Assembly (NCBI GenBank): GCA_965644295.1
Contig: CBFFRP010000429.1
Location: forward strand, 76,218 to 140,217
Source: Paraphysomonas bandaiensis
Lineage: Eukaryota > Protista > Chrysophyceae
Reading direction: 5' to 3'
DNA length: 64,000 nt
This document shows positions 12,801 to 27,740 of this stretch, piece after piece. Below the pieces are notes generated by a model. The model had not been told where the DNA came from and did no database searches. It was given only the letters and a program-made list of their open reading frames with translations. The translations under genes were made by a program, and so were the position numbers. The first letter of the stretch is position 1. Every line of letters starts with the position of its first letter.

Positions 12801-15800
12801 ATGTATTGGCCTTCCTTAGAAGCACCTGTGGACATCTCTCACAGGCGCCTAAGCACTCCCAATTATGTGGATATCGTAGTTATAGTCGGCTTATCGGGTC
12901 TGTTGTTCTATCTGCTGTATGTGCTACTGAAGCAGAGTCATGTGTGGAGACTGTGAGTGGATATCGTGATATAGTATACCTGTATAATGCATATGAGGAT
13001 AGTCAGAACAAGCAGCGTGTGAAAGAAGTGTTGGATCAGCGCAGGCACGTGAGAGACGAGTTCCGCACAGAGAATGGCTACTCGTGGGACTTCTGTATGG
13101 TGTTTAAGGTGTACAACAATCGCGACAACGCCACTGAACTGCAGAATAAATGGAACTTGAAGTATATACTACGAGAACTCACAAGAGGTGGATTTCAGAC
13201 CAAATCGTTTTATAGTGCACAGGTTGGAACTGACCTGTTAATATGATGCTTAGTTTGACATGCCTTGGTGTAGGCTGATGAGGTGTATGTAAAAATACGG
13301 GCTCCACTGGATCGACTTCTTAGGGAGGCGGATCGTATTGATCTCAAACTTCCGTTGAACCCAGAAAATCTCAAGAAGTTATTAAAAGAAGGCAGACGAG
13401 AGGGAAATAAGGTGCAAAGTAGATTATTTTTGCTTTAATTATGCACACCAAACAATGTAGTATTTGTAATATTCTTGTCTAATCTAGGAGCTTTGGGGTC
13501 CAGTTAATATTCCCGATACTAGTGTGGAAACACCACTGTCTCCGTACGACTACATATATGCCAGATACGAGTACGATAGACCGGAGGTCGCAAATTTGTA
13601 CCACGTATGGGACAACCATACTGTGTTTCGTGGTGTGGATAGACTGAAGCTGATGTACAGTATAATGACAGCCCGCAAAGTCGATGGAGGGTGCAATTTA
13701 GACGTTTACCGTATCATTAAAGACGGCGCCATGCTCGGCTTTTTTCCACTGCATGATAAGTTGGAGCTGTTGCAGCTGCAAGAGAAATGGCTTGTGTACT
13801 GTCAATATCCCTGGGACCAACCTATAGACGATGTGAAGAATTATTTCGGGGAAAAAATAGGACTGTATTTTCTGTGGCTAGCACATTATACGTCGTGGCT
13901 GATGTTTGCTGGTGTTATCGGCTTTTTTTGTTGGATCAATGTCGCTGTGGAAGGAAACGATCCGAATGCAGTTATTATGCCATATTTTGCAACATTTATG
14001 GCACTGTGGGCAACCCTTTTTTTGGAGTTTTGGAAACGGAAAGAGAGTAGGTATGTTTCTTTTGTACAAAATAGTTGCATCACTGCTTTCGTAACGTGCG
14101 TTCGACAACGTGGCTTTCTACATAGTATACGTCATAAAATTATATCACATTCCATGATACTGCAGGTATGCTATGATGTGGGGCATGTCTGGATTCGAAT
14201 CTGAAGAGCAAGATCGTCCTCAATTTGAAGGTGTCACAATGGCTTCGCCGGTAACAGGCCAAGACTATTTATATTTTCCACGGCGAGAGAGTTCGAAACG
14301 GCGGGCCTACTCGCTGTCTATAATCAGCGCTTTCATTGCATTAGTTGTGGCGGTTGTGGGGTCAATATTTATTTTAAAACTCGTGTTATCTCGTATCAAA
14401 GCGCTGACGTATGAGGGTACCCAATTAGGTGGCATAATTGCAGCTATTGCGAACGCAATTCAGATTCAAGTGATGAATATTATATATGGTGGAGTTGCCA
14501 TCAAACTAACGAATTATGAAAATCATCGTACTGACACGGCATATGAAGATTCTCTCATTGGCAAAACTTTCGTGTTTCAATTTGTTAACTCGTTTGCAGC
14601 TCTGTTTTATATTGCCTTTGTCAAACCATTTCTTCTCATCGACCCCTGTCTTGGACCGTAAGTGATATGAATTATACAGTGGTTATTGTGATCAACATGT
14701 GATGTGTATGTTAGATATATGTCAATAAATGTTCTAACTACTGCGCTCTGATGATGTTTTAGGTGTCTCAGTGAACTCCAGACGAATCTAGGAACAATAT
14801 TTCTCACTCGCCTAGCATTAGGAAGCACCTTAAAGGTTATTATACCAAGCGTGATGTCTCATCTGGCGGATAAAGCGAACTCCAAGGGAAATGTAATTCA
14901 TGAGTTGACGGAGGCTGAAAAGGAATTCAATTTGGTGCGTAGGTGGAAGTTTTGTTATTACTGTAAATTTGAACCTGTATTTTTTACACTCGGACTCATA
15001 TATTATGTGCTTATAAAGATGGAATATCATGTCATGCTTGGGCCGTTTCAAGATTATGCGGAGGCTGCTATACAGGTGTGTGAGGAATATGCTGTAGAAA
15101 GCGTACGCTTATTTCATTGGTCGTCATGCTGCCGCCGATTAAACTTTTGCCTCACATATCTTAGATATGTTGGATATCAATGACTTTTTTGTGTTTGTAG
15201 TATGGGTACGCGACAATGTTTGTTGCAGCCTATCCTTTGGCTGCGATAATGTCTTTTGTGAACAACTATATAGGTGAGCTATTCGCTGCGTATTTTGTAT
15301 TGAAGTGAAGTAGAAAGTAATTGTGGAGTGAATTATTTTATTGTGTTTTCAACGCTTACTGTTATAAAATTGTTACGGGTGTGCAGAGCTGAGGGTTGAT
15401 GCATGGAAGTTGCTACAACAAAGTCGGAGACCAGAACCTAGATCAGCTGAAGATATTGGTACATGGTAGGGAGTGATCACGTTATTCTTAATTTACCATA
15501 TATTTACGTGTGCGATTCTCTGTGTTTGTAGTATAAATAGCTTCTGTTTTTAATATTTGTTGTATTATCCCAGGCAAAGTATACTGGAGATTGTGTCGAT
15601 ATTCGCTATGATCATCAACGCGGCATTGATATCATTTACTGGCACTTTTGTCGTAAACTATACCTGGAATGTCCGAGCCTGGATATTTATGACAACAGCG
15701 TGTGGAATATACCTGTACGTTGACGTACCCATTATGTTTTGTCGAACCTTTATGTTTTAGTATTCGTGGCTTGTCGATGTATATATCAGTTACGGGCCTC

Positions 15801-16256
15801 TGACTCAACGAATTGTTTCAGTATGAAAGTAACGGTTGCCGCGTTTATCCCTGATGTACCCCCAGAGGTCACGATACAGGTCGCTTTGTATTTTGTTTAG
15901 CATGTGTTCATATAACTCTTTTAACTGTAGCTGGAACGTCAAGACTACATCATTGGGAAAGTACTGGATAATATCCAGGTGTGTTACGTTACGTCTGCAT
16001 TAAACGACCTAAGCAGTCCTAACACGTTTACAGGATGAAGATGATGATGGCTTAATTGACACCAGTGCTGTTCATGTTGCGGATTTTTCAGTCAAGTAAG
16101 TGTGACATTTTGTGATGTCGAAATGGTCTCGTTAGCTCAATATTCAGTGCTTTGTGTAATCATTATTTTACGTGTAGTGTAGTAAGTCCTCCATGTGTTT
16201 GCACTGATGTAACTTGTTTAAACGTGTACAGATTTGTTGACGACGATCAGCTTTGA
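12801..16256 (+). CDS. Anoctamin/TMEM16 family channel or scramblase (many exons)
   Basis: YFGEKIGLYFLWL, LEFWKRKE, ENHRTDTAYEDSLIGKTFVFQFVN, AAYPLA, RRPEPRSAEDIGTW. Confidence 0.93.
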
Positions 16257-16777
16257 GTCTATTTGCATATCAGCCACGTACCGTAAAAGGAATAAGGTGG
16301 CGGCACAGACTGATACTGAAGTGTTTATCCATTTGTGTAGTATAATTCCACCCTAGTATATGTTTAATATTAGCTTAGGACCATATCATATCGATCTTTA
16401 CAGCGAGGTCAAAGTTTTCGTAGACTTGATAGGTTACTCATTATTCAGTTTTAACAACTTGTTGTGACTACAATAACTTTGCATTATTGTTGAACGTGCA
16501 CTGCTGCTGCAAAGGCACAATATACATTTCATTTTTAGTCCGCAATACAATATAACATATATTGGACAGTGACAGTAACACGCAATTCGCACTGCTCTAG
16601 ATGTAGATACTTAACAAAAGGGGTCACTTAGTACAAATTAATTCTATTATCAATTCTTCAAAATAACTGATTATTATACAAAACATCACAAACATATACA
16701 AGTCAGATATAATACTCAACGACAAGACATCAGTATATACTTTGTGAGAATACAAAAAGAAACACAATAAACTTGAA

Positions 16778-19700
16778 CTAAATCGCGTCATGCGTAATTT
16801 GTGTGTGCTGTGCAAATTGTAAATTCACATTTTTCATAAGCTTTTTGATGTCTGATGTCTTCTTGAAATGCTTGTCGATTGTCTTCGCCCCTAAAAATTT
16901 ACTCATGTCATACACGAAAACATCTGTCTTTGGGCCTGCTCCCGAAGTCTGTGCAGCCTTGATCAACTCTTTCATGTACTGTGTATTTATGTGATCTTTC
17001 CAGTGTTGCATTGTATCTGATAGTATATTCTCCAGCAGAGGGTTTAGTACCCTCACGAGTATACTTGCGCCACTCTCGCATAACTTCAATGGGCTTTTCT
17101 TCATACTTAAAACTCGAATCAACTCTTCAAAAGGGTGATCAGATTCAATAACAGATTGGTTGACAGGACCTTCGATTAGTGGCAATTGATACACCCCAGA
17201 CACAACATGTGTGTAGCCAACTTTTTTTATGATCTCGGTACCAAAAGGAAATATAGTCCAGAAAGATTTCCTCTTCACAGTAGGCTGCACTTGAATGTCG
17301 TAATCACTCTGTATACAAACATTAAATTTAAAAGGAATTAACAAAAAAGTACAAAAGATTCGCACCTTCGTCTTGGAATACTCCAGATTTATAGAGCGTA
17401 CGTCAAATATAAAGCACAACTTTTTCTCGATAGAGGTGGGGTGAAAAGTACAAAAGCCGTCATTATATGCGGGGTGCTTGAGGCAGCTCTCCACATTGAC
17501 GTCACGGGTGAAGTGAACACCCTCTGCAAGCGGAGGTTCCTTATAAAAGAGCCCTGGGGGAGAAGTCGAATAGATGACCTACACAGTCATATAAGCAAGG
17601 AAAATACCACATAATGGCATATAACGACAATGAAAATACAAAGTTGCATATGTATATACTAACCTTGTAGAGCACATCATTAGTCCCAAACATGCCAGAT
17701 TCCGGTAGATTATGAAGTTCGTTGATGGATACGGAGACACCACTATCAAAACTATAAGGCGTAGTGAGCGCATAATTAAGAACCATTCGCACGTTAGTAC
17801 TGGGACACAATATGCGGGAGTACCACTCTTGTAGTTCATCGGGAGAAGGATTTACAGGCTTTGGAGGAATGTGAGTAGGCAATTTCGCCTGAGACACAGC
17901 ACCGATTGCTTGCGTACACATAGTTTCCACAGTTCGATTCATTTGAGCAGCCTTGGCTTCAAAAGCTTGTACAATAGTGGGCGTCGGTTCACAAAGGCGA
18001 CCGTCATAACAACCTGTCAAATAAGCTCCAGGCGGAGGTATATCCAGCTTTAGGCGCGCCCAGTCAGCTGCAGGATAATCAGCCTTCGACAATACATCGA
18101 CACCATCAGATGACTTAGGCGCAGAATATATCCGCACGAGTAGAGTTGCACATGGAATTTTCGGCATCTTAGCATTTACTAAACACTTTTCGTCCATTAG
18201 CTTTGCTTTCTTCAATCGCCCTCCGTATATTGGAAGTTGGAACAACCCAGTATTTATATATACATCGTTGGCATTAGCTGATGTAGGCTGCTCTCTGTCT
18301 CGAGTGGAAAAAAGCTTGATGGCAGCATAACCGACGCCTACGGACTCCAAGGTGTTGGAACACATAGTGTCTATGCGGAGAAGCACAGTGCTCGCAGTAT
18401 TCATTACTTGTTGCCGACACTCAACCTTAATTTTATAAATAGGAGAAACCGCAGTGCCCTCCGACAGAGCAGAAAGGCCTTCGTGTGGTTCTCCCACTGC
18501 TTCATAGTCGGGCGTCATGATCTTTACCACACATCGGCTGATTGTACAGTTATCCGGAAGATACATTGCACCGTCAACATAAATGTCTATACCATCCCCT
18601 TTTTGATACTTTTCGGTGCACGGTCCACATGGACTCCCAAGAGTCCAAAATTTTGACACTGGGTCATTTGTTTCTTCATCAGGTATGGAGTGCTGCGAAG
18701 AGTGAGTGGAACCAGCGTCACTGTCAGATTTTTCGTCTTCCTCTTTCAAAGCAGTTCTGGCATCATCATCAGTGCTAAGAGTTGTTTTCGACTGCGACGG
18801 TGCCATTGATTTCTGCGACTCAAGACTCTTCATACTTGCCAGTCGATTGAATGATGCCCGACTATTGGCAGTCTTAATAGTCCTCGCGGTACCAGATTTA
18901 GACGGAGCTGGGCTGGAGGACACATGGGACTTCATTTTCATAAGTGAAGGGAGCTTTGAGAGTGTCTTCTGAGGAAGAACAGAAACCTCCGCACCTCCCC
19001 CTTCCAGAGGCTCATATTTGTCAAACACAGCTGCTACATCATTAAGGTTTTGGGTTTTCCCGGAAATCGATAAGGGGTCAGATATGTCAATATTATCGGG
19101 TAGAACACGAAATAAGAACCAACCGTCACTAGCATCGGTCGTCGAGCTGCGTTGCCTCCCAGATGTACTCGCAATCCCTTTGCGAACTTTAATCCTCCAG
19201 GCCCCAGGACTAATTCTTAATTCATCTTCCGATGCACCAGGTATAGGTCCATTTGGCGTCACGAGTGGCATAGAACACAGTGCCCATCCAACAGGTTTCG
19301 ACACACTATTTTCATCTTCCATGCTCTGGACCTCCATCAATACTTTAACGAAATTCGTTGGATCTTGTCCTAAATCTTCTTCTGATCTGTTCGCACATGT
19401 TTTTGCATTATGCTTCGAAGACTTAGGGGGCTTACGAGTGACGCTACTACTAGCATACTGCACAGTTCCAGTCCGATTCGCTGATCCTACCGGTTTCGAC
19501 CATGGAACCCAGTTCGAAGACTGCATTCTGCCCAACGGCTTGTTTTTGTAACTATAGAGACTACACGTTACTCTGAAGGACCCATCAGTGATGACATCCG
19601 ATGAAACAACGACACCATCCAATACAAACGACAAGCCATCGATGTAATTGGTTGAAACAGAATCAAGAGATTCTTTTGCAGGAGTCTGAGCTGTAGTCTT

Positions 19701-22506
19701 TTCTTTCCTTGCGCTTGTAGGTGAGGGAAGCTTTTTGTTGTTCCCACACGACTCTTGTAGCCGACTTTCCTCCATGGCAAGGGCTTGTTTAATCTTCAGA
19801 GCCTGCAACTGACGCTTTTGATCTTCCAGCCACCGCTAACAAGTAACAAAGATGAAACAACAGATATAATTCGTACTGACATACAAAATAGTGTACATAT
19901 GGATCATTACATAAATCAACGTAAAAGCATATACACTGTAAATCGAAAGCACCTGATGCTCCTCTTCAGAGTTTTTCGCAGAGCGTCGCATCTCCAACTC
20001 TCTTTTCACATCTTCTAGTGCCTCCAATTGTTTTAGTTTTTCGATCTCAAACTGCATTCGTCTCATCTCCTCACGATGCTTAATCTCCGCACGAGAGAGA
20101 CGCTTGGGGCTATTCTGCTGTGGAGCAACATGCTTTAGATAGTTTGGGGTAGAGTCTAAATAACTCTCTGCTGCTGTCGAACCGTCCCCACTTCGACTGA
20201 TAGGTTTGTTTCCCAGTGACGACAGTTTCGAATTTTCCTGTTCCAGCTGTTCTGCCAACTGCTGCATCTCTTTAATAAACGACTGTTGTTGAGGTGGATG
20301 ATCATGATGATTCGGCGGTTGAATCTGCTGATTTGATGGCGGATACTGTGGGAACGGCTGCGCTGGTTGGTAAGGAGGTTGCCCGTACTGCTGTTGGTAA
20401 GGGGGATTATAGCCTGGTTGCATATAAGGCTGTTGCATGAACGGGTTCTGACCATAAGGTGCATTGTACGGCACACCAAAAGGGCTTGCTGACGGATACA
20501 TAGGTGCCTGTGGATTGGGCTTGTGCATATAGGGATTAGACGGGTAATTCCCTGGGTGATACATATTTCCGCCGTGGTCATTCGGAATCCCCCTATTCCC
20601 TCTCTGTCTCCTCCGTTGGCGTATATCACGATCAAAACCAGATGCATATACGTACTCCCTGCCATGAATTCCATCATTCGACTCACTACCATTACTGTGG
20701 GGTCTTTGGTTGTTCCTTGGTTCATTTCGGAAGTCGCGTTGTCGCTCCTCAGGGCCCTTCAGAGATTTATGACTGCTGCGAGACCTAAGAGCATTATGAC
20801 TATTCTCGTGAAAATCCCTCCAGTGCATTTGGGGTTCACCATTGTGTTGACTACTATTATTATTATTACTACTACTCTCTTGGACTTCTTTCATGGCTTC
20901 ATCTAGAGTGTCGCGTCCAGTATCCATCACAGCATTTTTCATTGAAATGCTTTTGAGACTAATATCTGAAGGAGACTGAGACACTTCTGATACAACACCA
21001 CCGCTCATCTCGGCCCGATTTTCTGACGTTTTATCTGAGCGTTTACTAGGCGAGAGCATTGCATCAGTACTGATATCTCCCATGAGCCATTTCTCTAAAA
21101 ACTCCTGGCTACTGAGCACTCTCCCTGACTCATCCACCTGAATCATTTTCTTTCTCCGCTCTTCCTCCTTCATACGGGCAACCCGGGAGGGAGGTTGAGT
21201 GTCAATTGGCGAACTGCTGACGCCATTTTGCATCCTTGTCTTTAGAGCTTGCAATCGCTCCTCCTGCACCTTGAGACCAGCTTCCGTCGCAAGTGAATCC
21301 ACCAGTCCTCGACTATTTTCCAGATTTGGTAGGGGGGATCCACTGGGTCTGGAACTGGCAGAATTCTCCGCAGCTTGCAATGAATCAGTTCTACTGACAG
21401 AAGTCCCACGAGATTGAACTCTACTTACATTTTCTTCTCCCGATTGAACTTTACCGACATCTTCATCTCTAGTTTCTACAACGTCAGGCTGATATGAGGA
21501 TTTTTTAATTTCCGGTTTGTTAGCGTATGCCTTGCTTTGGAAGTACCCGCCACGTTGTAGTTGTTGCTGGTCATCTAGGGCAGACTGCTTGAGCGCTCTC
21601 GAGGCAGCAAGTCGTTGTGCATGCTCCGCAGCAAGCTTCGTCATCTCTTCGCGGTGCTTTACGCTTGTGTGGCCATCCTTGCGGCGTTCTACCGGGGCAT
21701 GGTGATTCTAAGTTATTGACGGCATGTTCCAGCAACATATACATGCTACAACCAATGCCCATATAGTGGTAGCATCACTTATATGACAATATCTACTTGC
21801 TTTACTAGGTAATACACTCACCTTCATATGCACGTTCCCGTTCTCTATCTACTGCATACAATCCCTCTTTCGCCTGTTTAACCTCCCGCCTAAGATTTTC
21901 CATCTCTTCTTTCCTTCTAGCCATATCAGCTTCCATCTCTCGCTGGGCCTGATCGAGTTGAGCAAGCTCACGAAGTGTATCTGCCTCAATATCCTCCAGA
22001 TCAGCACGCTTTGCTTCTTTTACTTCTTGCGCAAGTTTCTGTTTGGCCAATTCAATTTCAAGATGTTCTGCTCGTAGCTTTGCATCTAGTTCCTGCAAAA
22101 TCCCATGTTATCATAAATATAATGATAACGAACGATGTGCTTCCACTACACAAAATTCAATTCTATCAAATACTGTCACAGGACTTACTGCAAGTCTAGC
22201 AAGTTCTTCTTCTTCTTTCTTTGCGTTCTCCTGACTCATATTCTCTTCTAATAACAGTTTATTCAGTAGTTCATCCCTCTCTCTCTCTTTCTCCCATATG
22301 AGCTGCTCGTACATGCTTCGTGGATTAGAATAGATACTGGCATTGGGTGCAGTGGGTTTAGCGACAGATGGTTTCGTTGGGGATTCATTTGATCCACCGA
22401 GAAGGACTCTCTCTGCCTCTGCATCAGCACCTGTGTCTAGAAGATATCTACGGACATCATCAAGAGACAACTCGTATTCATTTGTTGCAGGAGATGTAGA
22501 AGACAT
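16778..22506 (-). CDS. Large uncharacterised protein: coiled-coil and Pro/Gln-rich N-half, globular (possibly C2-like) C-half (multi-exon)
   Basis: Collinear long ORFs 22111-22506, 21805-22098, 19836-21644, 17541-19808 and 16778-17494 separated by GT-AG introns. Motif GIDIYVDGAMYLPDN. Function not recognised. Confidence 0.7.
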
Positions 22507-23034
22507 TATATCAGTGTGCTAGATGGATCTCATATATCCCACTAACATCACACAGGTAGCTATATATATAACACTATCTCGATCTGCTTATAACTACCAT
22601 CAGATAGTATCTACATACACACACATGCTCTATACAGGCCCTGCCCTCATATTCATATAAGACTCTTTACACACTATGCTGTTGTATGTATTCACATACA
22701 CGAAGTTACTTCGAACTTTATTAAACTCTTCGACTTCATTTTATTGTACCTCATAATTGTGTTCAGTTGCGGGTATATTCATAACGTTACTCCTATGCAG
22801 TATGCAGTCTTTTGTACTGATGTAATCATACACCGGTACACACATACAGGACTCTGGTATGGATTTATGTACATCTACTGCCGTAATGTACTGCTATAAT
22901 TGTACTGTTGGATATATATCAAAGTACCAGTGTAAATGGTACAGTCGCGCATCAGCACATACGCAGCAGCAGGATGTGCATCTATGTGTGGCGTGAATTC
23001 ATTAAACTACACAACAACACCCTCTTTTACCGCC

Positions 23035-24214
23035 ATGTTTATTCAGGACCTTATCAGCGACATTATCAGTAAAGACTGCTGGGATACCATCATTGTGAAT
23101 GGTCAGCTCGATGAGGAGTGTATCAAAGCAGTGATCTCTAAGCTATTGGGGTACATACAGAGATAACCACATTGTTTCCCTCCTAATAGTATAACAGATA
23201 TGCCATATTGGGCGGGTCAGTATTACTGAAGTTACCTCAGGTTCGTGTATAGTTGGATGCTAGCCGTGTAGTGCTCATAATACGATTGGTTACGTATCAG
23301 ATCATATCTATTCTATTGGCGAAGAGAGTGGACGGTCTCAGTCCAATTTCATTCTACTGCGAGGTTGAAATAACCGGAATTCTATACATGTCTGAACTAA
23401 CATTTTCTATGTAGCTACCCATGTCTATGAGTCTGATCGTGTACAACTACCTTCAACAAAATCCTTTTTCTTCTTACGGCGAAAACATTTTTGTTTTCGT
23501 TCAGAATTTGATATTAGTGTTGTTATTGTGGACTTACATGAAGGTTCGTTTTGTATTACCGTTAGCCGAACTTTGTATTTAGTGTATATGCGTTGAACAT
23601 CACACTCGACTCATATTGATACATATGCAGCCTGCACCAACATTGTCAACGATGGTGGTCATGACCATCGGATTTTTACTGGTGACAGCGGGATGCATTT
23701 ACACGCCGTCTGAGTACCAGGTCTGTATAACCTCTTCCTTCATCTCCTTGTAGCTGTCTAATTGTTTCGCATGGTGAATTTAGTACATTCTGCCGTTGTC
23801 TAGTGTTCCCCTGATCTTGAGCTCCCGGTGCTCTCAAGTGTACACCAACTATAAGAATAAGTCTACAGGTACCCTGTCACCGATCACTGCCGTTCTTTCG
23901 TTGGCAGGCGCATTAGCTCGTATCTTTACTACCATCCAGCAAGTTGGCTGGGACTACTCATTGTTATCTGGGTTTGTTTCAACCGCACTAGTCACTGGAG
24001 CTATGTGTGTGCAGGTGTGTCTTATATTGTGTGATACAGTGTATGTTAAATGATTTTGGGTGGTGGGGCATATATATTTCTCGTATATCTGTGCAGTATA
24101 TAATGATACAGTTTGTGGTTTAACATTACCTTCCCTATGTAGTTCATTCTGTACGCCGGAAATGATGTGTCTGGTAAAAAGAAGTCTAAGGGTACGAAGA
24201 AGAAGTCAGATTAA
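23035..24214 (+). CDS. MPDU1: Mannose-P-dolichol utilization defect 1 (PQ-loop) protein (multi-exon)
   Basis: ISKLLG-YAILGGSVLLKLPQI, FSSYGE..FVQN, NYKNKSTGTLSPIT..ARIFTTIQQV. Confidence 0.9.
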
Positions 24215-25180
24215 GGTTTTGTTTAGTCTATAGACTCCGTAATTATTAGTGACTGATATCCTCAATATGGTATTTATTTGTCTTAGCACTCGAAATGCCA
24301 GCACAAGAAAGTTAGAATACATATTTATACATTGGTCGGCTCCTTGATAAACTCGCTACAACGAATGAAATATAAAAAGTGAAAAGGCCGTGAACGTATT
24401 TATACTGAGCGATCTCCTCATTTTATATCATTCGAGATAGAGATAGAGACAGCTTCAATATTTAGTTGAAGTGTGCAAGATATGCATTAACATTTTAATA
24501 TTTACTAATTCACGTATACCTATATTCCTATCTTATTAGGAATCATTGATTCACGTATATCTCTTAACGCGTGAATACAACACACGTATACAATGAAATA
24601 CCAAATAGACTGAATAATTACCAAACTATACATGATACGCGACTGTACAAGATACGCACACGTGTGGTGCTAACGCTCTGCTCAAACATGTCTTGCTATT
24701 ATACTATTAGGCCTTATCTTTCAATCTTTATCTCTAATAATATCAAGTATATTCTTACTAAATATCAAGACTAACCTTAAATCTTGTTTTATCTCAATCA
24801 TACAGCCTCGTGAAAACAACAAGAAACAAGATATACTGAAATAACAGTTGCCTGAATTATTATTAGACTATATAAGATTAGCGACTGTCCAAGATATGCT
24901 ATTATAAGATTGATCAGTAGTTAGGGTTGCGTAACAATTAATTGCAATGGCCGTCGATAATCTACGTCAATATATTGTTGATAAACAGGCAGGAAACAGA
25001 GATGCCTTTAACTCTTCTGTATACTGCATACATAATTATTAATATATCTACTCAACCTCAAGACTATATATTAATAGTCAGAGCATGTTGTAGTAGTCGT
25101 AGCACATTCTCGCAGTATATTAAATACTTTGATATCCTATTCGACATCTCTACATCTGCACTCGCACACATGAGCTCTAT

Positions 25181-26260
25181 TTACAAATTGTAGGCTACAA
25201 ACGCCTCCTCCCACTGAGAAGGGATCTCGCTTGCCCATATCGACATACCATAACAACCGTGGTCTTTAATCCACTCAGCAATCTGTTGCATATCATCTCC
25301 ATCGACAGACCCAACAACATGGGTCTGGTGCGTAAAACCTACATTACTGCTGCCAGAGGTCACATAAGCTCCAAGCTGTTGGACTAATGTATCATTCAAA
25401 ATATCAGACTTTACCGCTCCACGAATAGATGGAAATTTCTTCAATAAAAAGTGGCCGACTTCCCGGCGAAATGAAATAACCGTGTCTCTATTTGACTCAG
25501 AGTCTGGTGCTTTACCCAGAAGATAGTCCGGAAGAAGGGTTACACTTGCTGTAGAAGTCAGAAGACCAAATCCAGCTTTACTTGGTGACACTTCTGAGAG
25601 TAATGTCTCGGCTGTCCATACAAAACTATCATATGATTTACCATACGTATCCATGGATACTATGGATTCGATATAGGGAGAGGCATTGAGATCAGCAAGA
25701 TCATAATCAGCAGAACCTCCTATCCACACAGATAGAGACAAGTTATGCGAAGACAGTGCTTCTCCCCATTCTAAAACAAATGGAGTAGTTTCAGTAAAAT
25801 TAATATGATTGAAACTCTCAAAGTCGACACTATAGCCATCCCATCCCCAGGTAATGGCCTCTTCTATGGTGGCCCTTATGAATTGTTGCTTGCTCGCTTC
25901 ATCATTAGCGAGAAGAGATAGTATTTCTGGTAATGGTTCGCAGTTACCAATAGTTTCATCACAAAACAAGCACGGATATGCCTTGAGACCAAGATTAGTC
26001 TTTAGATCGCGCTGAAACTGTTTACTTGACCAAGTATCATCTCCAGTTTCCCAAAACCCCAGCGAACCATCCGCATTAAGGGAATAAATCAGCATAGAAG
26101 ATACCGTCACTTCATTACGAATTTTATATTGCTGAAATAAGTCATATTGACGTTGTAGTTGTGAGTGGTTAAACCCGCCCATGCCCGCAGATAGCCATAC
26201 ATCGCTACTAACAGCTGAGGAGATATGCAGCAGAGTTAATATGAAAGATAATGCACGCAT
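25181..26260 (-). CDS. Secreted glycoside hydrolase family 18-like (chitinase-like) protein
   Basis: Signal peptide; WGWDGYSVDFE matches the GH18 catalytic motif; late GMSIW motif. Intronless. Confidence 0.7.
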   Translation of the reverse strand: MRALSFILTLLHISSAVSSDVWLSAGMGGFNHSQLQRQYDLFQQYKIRNEVTVSSMLIYSLNADGSLGFWETGDDTWSSKQFQRDLKTNLGLKAYPCLFCDETIGNCEPLPEILSLLANDEASKQQFIRATIEEAITWGWDGYSVDFESFNHINFTETTPFVLEWGEALSSHNLSLSVWIGGSADYDLADLNASPYIESIVSMDTYGKSYDSFVWTAETLLSEVSPSKAGFGLLTSTASVTLLPDYLLGKAPDSESNRDTVISFRREVGHFLLKKFPSIRGAVKSDILNDTLVQQLGAYVTSGSSNVGFTHQTHVVGSVDGDDMQQIAEWIKDHGCYGMSIWASEIPSQWEEAFVAYNL

Positions 26261-26609
26261 GCGTATAGAGGGGATTCAGAGCAGGTAATACGATGTGACT
26301 GATTATGGTTCAATGGTACTGATTAGCACTCAGTGTGGTTATGTTTAACTCCAATCTGCAACACATCAGACACACACACACATATATATCTATATATATA
26401 TACAGACAGAGCGGTAGAGGACCACCGCTCTTATACACTGTATTCCACGGTATACTACATTTGTGTATACGAAGTACGAAGTATGTAGCAACTTATCTTT
26501 CTTGTATATACCGCCGTATACAGCACTGCACAGTATATTCATATGCATGCAGAGGTGGCAGGCACATGCATATGCCCATATCCATAAACACACTCTCTAT
26601 CGCCTGCCC

Positions 26610-27740
26610 ATGACTATACTTCACCCTCAACCAGTCTATTTGCTTCTATTCAGTCTATCAGTATCCCTCTACAGGGCTCAGACTGTATTATCCCGATCCA
26701 GCTATGGGTCTAGTAACATGTCCTGGTCTGTCCCGTGTATGGCCCCATACAACACACTGTGTGCATCATTTACTCAAGAATGCTCTCGAGTTGTACTCGA
26801 TGGAGCATTCAGTGAAAGGGACATAACGGATTTGAGGGACATTGCAGCTAAAGGGATGTCTGCTCGTGAGAGTATGGGCGGGCCCACCATTCTGGATATC
26901 AACACTGGCTTCCTCAGAGACACTAATGGTGTACAGAATCTATTTACAGAATCAAATGAGGTCTTTTCATCTTCTGATTTTGAGAAGTATGGGAATATTA
27001 TCCGACATTTGAAGAACTTGGTATCCTCCACGTAAGAAATCACCTGATGTTATTGTACTGACATCTATACACAATCTTTGATAATATCCGTATTTCACTC
27101 TTTGATACACAGATTTGGAGCAGAAGTGTATTTTACAGCTCCCACTTTTATCACACGACTTGATGGAAGGTCGTCTTGGAATCCTCAAGGTCAGACAACG
27201 AATTAGATTTTGTATGTTATGATGAACATCTTGTATTATATTTACGTTGTATTAATGATGGTTACTAATGTGAACAGAGATTCACGATGAGTACTGGCAT
27301 ATCCATGCAGATATGAATAATACGGCACACTACCATTTCTCTGGTCTGTTGTACCTATCCAACTACGAGGAGGACTTCACTGGAGGTACTTCAGTTACAT
27401 GTTGTGCATTTCGCAGTGGTAGATCTTAATGCTGTTATCAGGACGTCTCCTATTTTATCCTCCGGCCACCCCTCTATCACTATCACCGGGAGTAGAACCT
27501 GAACAGATTATAGAACCTGTGGCTGGTCGTACTGTGATATTTAGTTCTGGTCCCGAAAATCCTCATAGAGTGGAGAGATTGCTCTCTGGACAGAGATTAG
27601 TACTGGCCTTCTGGTTTACATGTGACCAAAGCAGAGAATTTCAGATATTTTTAGACGGGAAAGCGCACACGGTTTTTTCCAAGAAGATAAAACAACAATT
27701 AGAAAGACAGAATCGAAAACAACAGAGTGCTGAATTGTAG
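26610..27740 (+). CDS. 2OG-Fe(II) oxygenase, OGFOD3-like (multi-exon)
   Basis: [55 protein letters not shown]. Confidence 0.85.

Noticed and set aside
12119-12835. YIHT/MYVC-repeat ORFs, also at 35749-36326
   Set aside because: Translations of (TATG)n microsatellites.
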